A DNA stretch of 64,000 nucleotides, taken from assembly GCA_010093995.1 (NCBI GenBank), contig ML992501.1:454227-518226 (forward strand). Direction: 5' to 3'. This stretch comes from Elsinoe ampelina. Taxonomy: Eukaryota. Position 1 is the stretch's first letter. Each line of letters begins with the position of its first letter. This document shows positions 60,067-64,000 of the stretch, piece by piece. Position numbers and translations under genes: made by a program. The notes under the pieces were generated by a model that saw only the letters and a list, made by a program, of their open reading frames with translations, was not told where the DNA came from and made no database searches.

Positions 60067-61743
60067 ATGGTTACCAACCTCGACAATTCTCGACAATTGG
60101 TCGCACATCGACCTGCGTCTGTATCCTCCCGTGCCTCCAGCTCACGCCGCCATCGCCAGTCGAGAAGCCACCATGGATCTTCGCCCTCTACCACACAGAA
60201 CGAGTTCCCCTTCTTTGCTCAGACTGGAGACGTCGAGATATGTTTGACCACGGCGAATGGTCGGAAAGAGCAACGATATCTCTTGCACAGATTGATACTA
60301 GCTCAGAACGGTGGCGTCTTCGAAGATGATCTCAGAGAAGACCAAGCAAGATTACCTGGCAGTACACCGGGATCGGAGCTGCACCAACCTCGGCCACTGC
60401 ATGCCCCCTCTACGTTGGTGAATGGGCCGCCCTTGGATGCGCGCTCGATTAGCGCCGTAGCTAGACTGCCCGCTGCAGACAGAAAAAGGAGATGGAGATA
60501 CGTCCTCGACTGGGCTAACACGGATGACTCTGCTGTTCCATTGCTCGTTCAGCGAGCCCCAACCTTTATGGAAGAGGCCGCTCCTCCTCCAATATCGAGA
60601 AACAAGCCTCCAGTCTCGAATGGTGCTTTCTTCAGGAGCATGGCCAATCTCTCTGCACTGAACATCAACACCGGGAGTCAAAATGCAGAAAGCACCGATC
60701 CAGATGAGGAAGTGCTTCGCGATTACGACAACTTGTTCCGTATTTTCTACAATTATAGGCCGGCACTTGACGATGTCAACATCGCGAACGCTTACACTGA
60801 ATGCAAAGCCCTGCTGCACCTGGCGGAGATGTACGATGCTCTGGAGGTGGTAGGACCCCGGATAGACTACCATCTTCTGCGATTCGGGAATCGCCTGTTC
60901 AAACAGATTGCAAAATACCCTCCCAGCTACCTCAAGCTTGGCTTTCTCGCGAGAAGCAAGACTATTTTCGCCGAAGCACTCATTCATGTGGTGGGGCAGT
61001 GGCCAATGGGTCGACCCATGCTCGAGAATCAGACTGACCAAGCTGTCATGGATCTCGTCGAGGATAAGGTTGACGTACTTGAGGAAACAAAAGCCAAGGT
61101 AGAGGGGAAGCTCTTCCGTCTAAGCTTGACAAACAATCGGGGAGAGCGATTGAGTCCTGCAAATGGTTTTGTAGAGTGGCTTGCCGTGAGTCTCTTCCGC
61201 CAGTGGCTGGCAGAGAATACTGCACCAACACCGAAGCCGCCCACGCCGTCGATCGCTGGAACCAATGAAGTGGTTCGCACTACCAGACCGTCATCCTCTA
61301 CCAATGCTGGCAGCAGAACGCAATCAGCGTCGCGACCACCAAGCAGTAGTTCCCGTGCATTGGTACCCGTGAGCAATCGTACAACAGCTCAAATCGCGCC
61401 CAGCGGTCCTGTACAAGCGGGTCGGATATACCGTCTTCTAGGATCCAGCAATAAAGACGCCTATCTCCCTCACGACGAGATCAAGAGGTTTTTGAAATGT
61501 GCGCCTGAGGGTCTCTATACTCGGGACAACTTACGTCGACTCGAGAAGAAACTCGACGAGCTAAAAGTGCTTGCCAAAGACGTTGTCAAGCCACTTGTGC
61601 GGAACTGCCTAGAGCTGGACCTCGTGGCAGCAGGTCTTGTGACGAGCGATACACACACAAACACAAGAGATGCCGGTGCTGGAGTGCTCGGGTACTTGAC
61701 TTGTACTCGTGTGACGGATGGAGATTTTCCGTGGGAGGATTAG
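60067..61743 (+). CDS. Uncharacterised fungal protein with BTB/POZ-like N-terminal features
   Basis: 558-aa ORF; GDVEI...YLLHRLILAQ and LFRIFY...LAEMYD...FAEALIHVVGQW pattern; fold assignment is inference. Confidence 0.75.
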   Translation: MVTNLDNSRQLVAHRPASVSSRASSSRRHRQSRSHHGSSPSTTQNEFPFFAQTGDVEICLTTANGRKEQRYLLHRLILAQNGGVFEDDLREDQARLPGSTPGSELHQPRPLHAPSTLVNGPPLDARSISAVARLPAADRKRRWRYVLDWANTDDSAVPLLVQRAPTFMEEAAPPPISRNKPPVSNGAFFRSMANLSALNINTGSQNAESTDPDEEVLRDYDNLFRIFYNYRPALDDVNIANAYTECKALLHLAEMYDALEVVGPRIDYHLLRFGNRLFKQIAKYPPSYLKLGFLARSKTIFAEALIHVVGQWPMGRPMLENQTDQAVMDLVEDKVDVLEETKAKVEGKLFRLSLTNNRGERLSPANGFVEWLAVSLFRQWLAENTAPTPKPPTPSIAGTNEVVRTTRPSSSTNAGSRTQSASRPPSSSSRALVPVSNRTTAQIAPSGPVQAGRIYRLLGSSNKDAYLPHDEIKRFLKCAPEGLYTRDNLRRLEKKLDELKVLAKDVVKPLVRNCLELDLVAAGLVTSDTHTNTRDAGAGVLGYLTCTRVTDGDFPWED

Positions 61744-62346
61744 AGCAGGAAGGGAAGGGATCTTGGACTGGGCCTTTGTCACCGATTCGCTTCACCAGCA
61801 ACAGCAACGACACGACACGACAACAAGCATGGAATGGATTGACATTTGAGAGCCTGATACCCTTTGTGATTCGGTATGTAGTTCACAGCATTATATTATC
61901 CTTGGTTCATCTGTTCCGATTGTCTCACCACCTTTATTCTACCAGAATGTGCTTCGCGGAGGGACTCGAAGAGCTCGCGGATCCCGAGTGCCATGGAAAA
62001 CAAAATCTGATCGAAGGACTGGTTAGCATGCCTTTCGATGCGAGCTGACGTCTAGTGTCGCTATTGCAGTCACTTGTTGGTGTACAGCCGCGTGAGCACG
62101 TGGAAGGGCCAAGACAACGCCCTTGTCCGACCCGATCCCTCTGACGGTCAGGGGCAGACAAAGGCGAAGCATGTGAAAGCACCGCCACTAATAAGACACG
62201 ACATGTGGTAAGTGTTTCACGCGACTGCATCGGGGTTTGAGGAGCACCGCCACAGGGCTATATGATAACATGCTGCTGCTTCCTCTTCCCATCAAAATCT
62301 TCACACCTACTTCCACTGCAGAACTGATTCACAACACCTACTCACC

Positions 62347-63520
62347 ATGGACACCACTGCGCTGGATGCTATCTCCATCAGCATCTTCGCGATGCTCATG
62401 TTCCTCGGCGGGATCGTGGTTCAGCTTGGCCTCGCGCAGATCGCTGGCTATGGTTTCACCCCCGTTACTCTCTCATTCGGTAAGTATCCTTCGTCTTCGT
62501 CCATCAAAATTGAGCGCGTGCTAACTACTACCAGGTTACATCTCCTTCGCAATCAACAAGCTCAGCATCATTGGAAACTACCAGATTGTCCCCCGTGTGA
62601 CTGGCAAGGTCAAAGTCATCAACATGAACAACGGCTTCACCTTTGAGAACCGCAGCTTCATCCTCGACCGCCTTGTCCAGAATTACCCTGATTGGAGCGA
62701 ACGAGCCGTCAAGTCCAAGGTCGATCGCCTGATCAACGAAAACTTTGCGCAGCTCAAGGATGCTGGTAGTGACGAAGGGAAGCCTGACCGCGCCGGTCTT
62801 TGCGTCGCAGTCTACCGCGCCAAAGCTCCCGGCCCTTACAAGGATCCGGTCTTCTTCAGCGGTCTCTTCTTCACCTTCATCCAGCTCATTCTCGCTGCCA
62901 TCCCCTACGCGAAGTTTGGCGATGCCAACATTCTCATCGTCACTGTCACCGGCACCCTTCTCGCCTGGGCTACTGCGGCTCTTCCCCAGTGGAACGCAGC
63001 CAGGTCCACGTGCCGCACCAAGTCTACCAAGAACATTCTACTCACAGAGGGTAATGGCGCACAACACGCAATCCTGGTTCTAGGAGACGGACTCGGCATT
63101 GACCTCGAGGATCTGGCCAACGGAATCATCACGCCACCGACCAGACTCGTCCAAATCACTACCAACACCATCGCTTTTCTCTGGCTCGTCTTCCTTGTCT
63201 ATAGTGCTGGTGTCAAACATCACGTCGTCTATCTTCTGGTCAACGGTTTCCTCGGATTCATCCACACCATCTACCTCGTCGCCAACATTCGCGGCGCCAA
63301 GCACTTCGGTCTTCCCATGACCCTCGAGGCAGTGTACGGCGAGACCAAGGTCATGCAGACCCTATACGCGCTTGAGGCCGACTACAAAGGCGCCGGCGCA
63401 TCTCTGGTTCCGGTCTTCTTCCCGGGACGTCTGCGTAAGGATGACATTGAGAAATGGTACAAGCTGGGTCTCGAGATGGAGGGTGGAGTGGTATACAAGA
63501 GGCTCGATCACATGATCTGA
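62347..63520 (+). CDS. Uncharacterised multi-pass membrane protein
   Basis: Exon 1 from ATG 62347, GTAAGT..CTAAC..CAG intron ~62480-62534, then 307-aa ORF; GGIVVQLGLAQ..FTPVTLSFG, LPQW, GNGAQH, DLEDLA, LVPVFFPG motifs; several TM helices. Confidence 0.8.
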
Positions 63521-64000
63521 GCGGGGTGAGGCGAGGCGGTCGAGAGTGATAGGAAGTTGGTGCACGGGTGGTGGTAGGATCTTGCTGGATCGAAACGACA
63601 ATGGATACAGAGAAAGAAACTGCATGATATGAAGCATACTTAATTACTCTGCTGTGACAATATGTCCTTCAGCTTTCAGAAACTACAGGTAGCCTATTGA
63701 ATGGTGGCTCTTCAACACATACTGTACCTTGTGCTCATTCCCAATGATCGTGATGCTGTTCGATACTTACGAGGTGACCTTTCGTACTTCTATACCGTGC
63801 CCATCTCAGTTCAATGAGATTGACTACTGGATCAAGACTATCTTACGACAGGGACAAAGGATGCCAGATACACAAAGACCGAAGAGCCCCTTGTCGTCGC
63901 CGAGAAGCAGCCAATGACATCAGGGCGGGTGCAACCGCTACCCCAGATTTCGCTGGGTTGTGAGCTCCTCAGATTTTCGACAGATCTTCGAGCAAATTGG

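Overview
Fungal (Pezizomycotina-type) genomic DNA with two sharply different halves. (1) About 1-30,550 is an AT-rich block destroyed by RIP (CpA/TpG to TpA), with almost no open ORFs. Reading it with RIP changes reversed by eye gives three nested layers. The host layer is a multi-gene region (at least 17 kb net, left end outside the window) with a SNF2-family helicase/ATPase (~20.1-23.9 kb), a Plavaka (CACTA-related) transposase (~24.7-27.65 kb), several intron-bearing unknown genes, internal duplications and a candidate CACTA-type end (...CCTAGTG at 30,510). Inserted in it is a minus-strand Ty3/Gypsy chromovirus (3,787-17,024; 192-bp LTRs; TSD AGAGT). Inserted in that is a plus-strand chromovirus (9,624-16,646; 464-bp LTRs; TSD TTAAC) carrying an extra antisense ORF with a Zn-cluster-like Cys pattern. 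(2) About 30,600-64,000 is ordinary gene-dense DNA: GH79, two MFS transporters, a GFA/Mss4-like gene with an inverted decayed copy, an amino-acid permease, an SDR, a UaY/Ppr1-like Zn2Cys6 factor, an Rds1-like ferritin-fold protein, an E2-variant, mitochondrial SerRS and uncharacterised conserved proteins. All de-RIPed translations are manual reconstructions, not database results.
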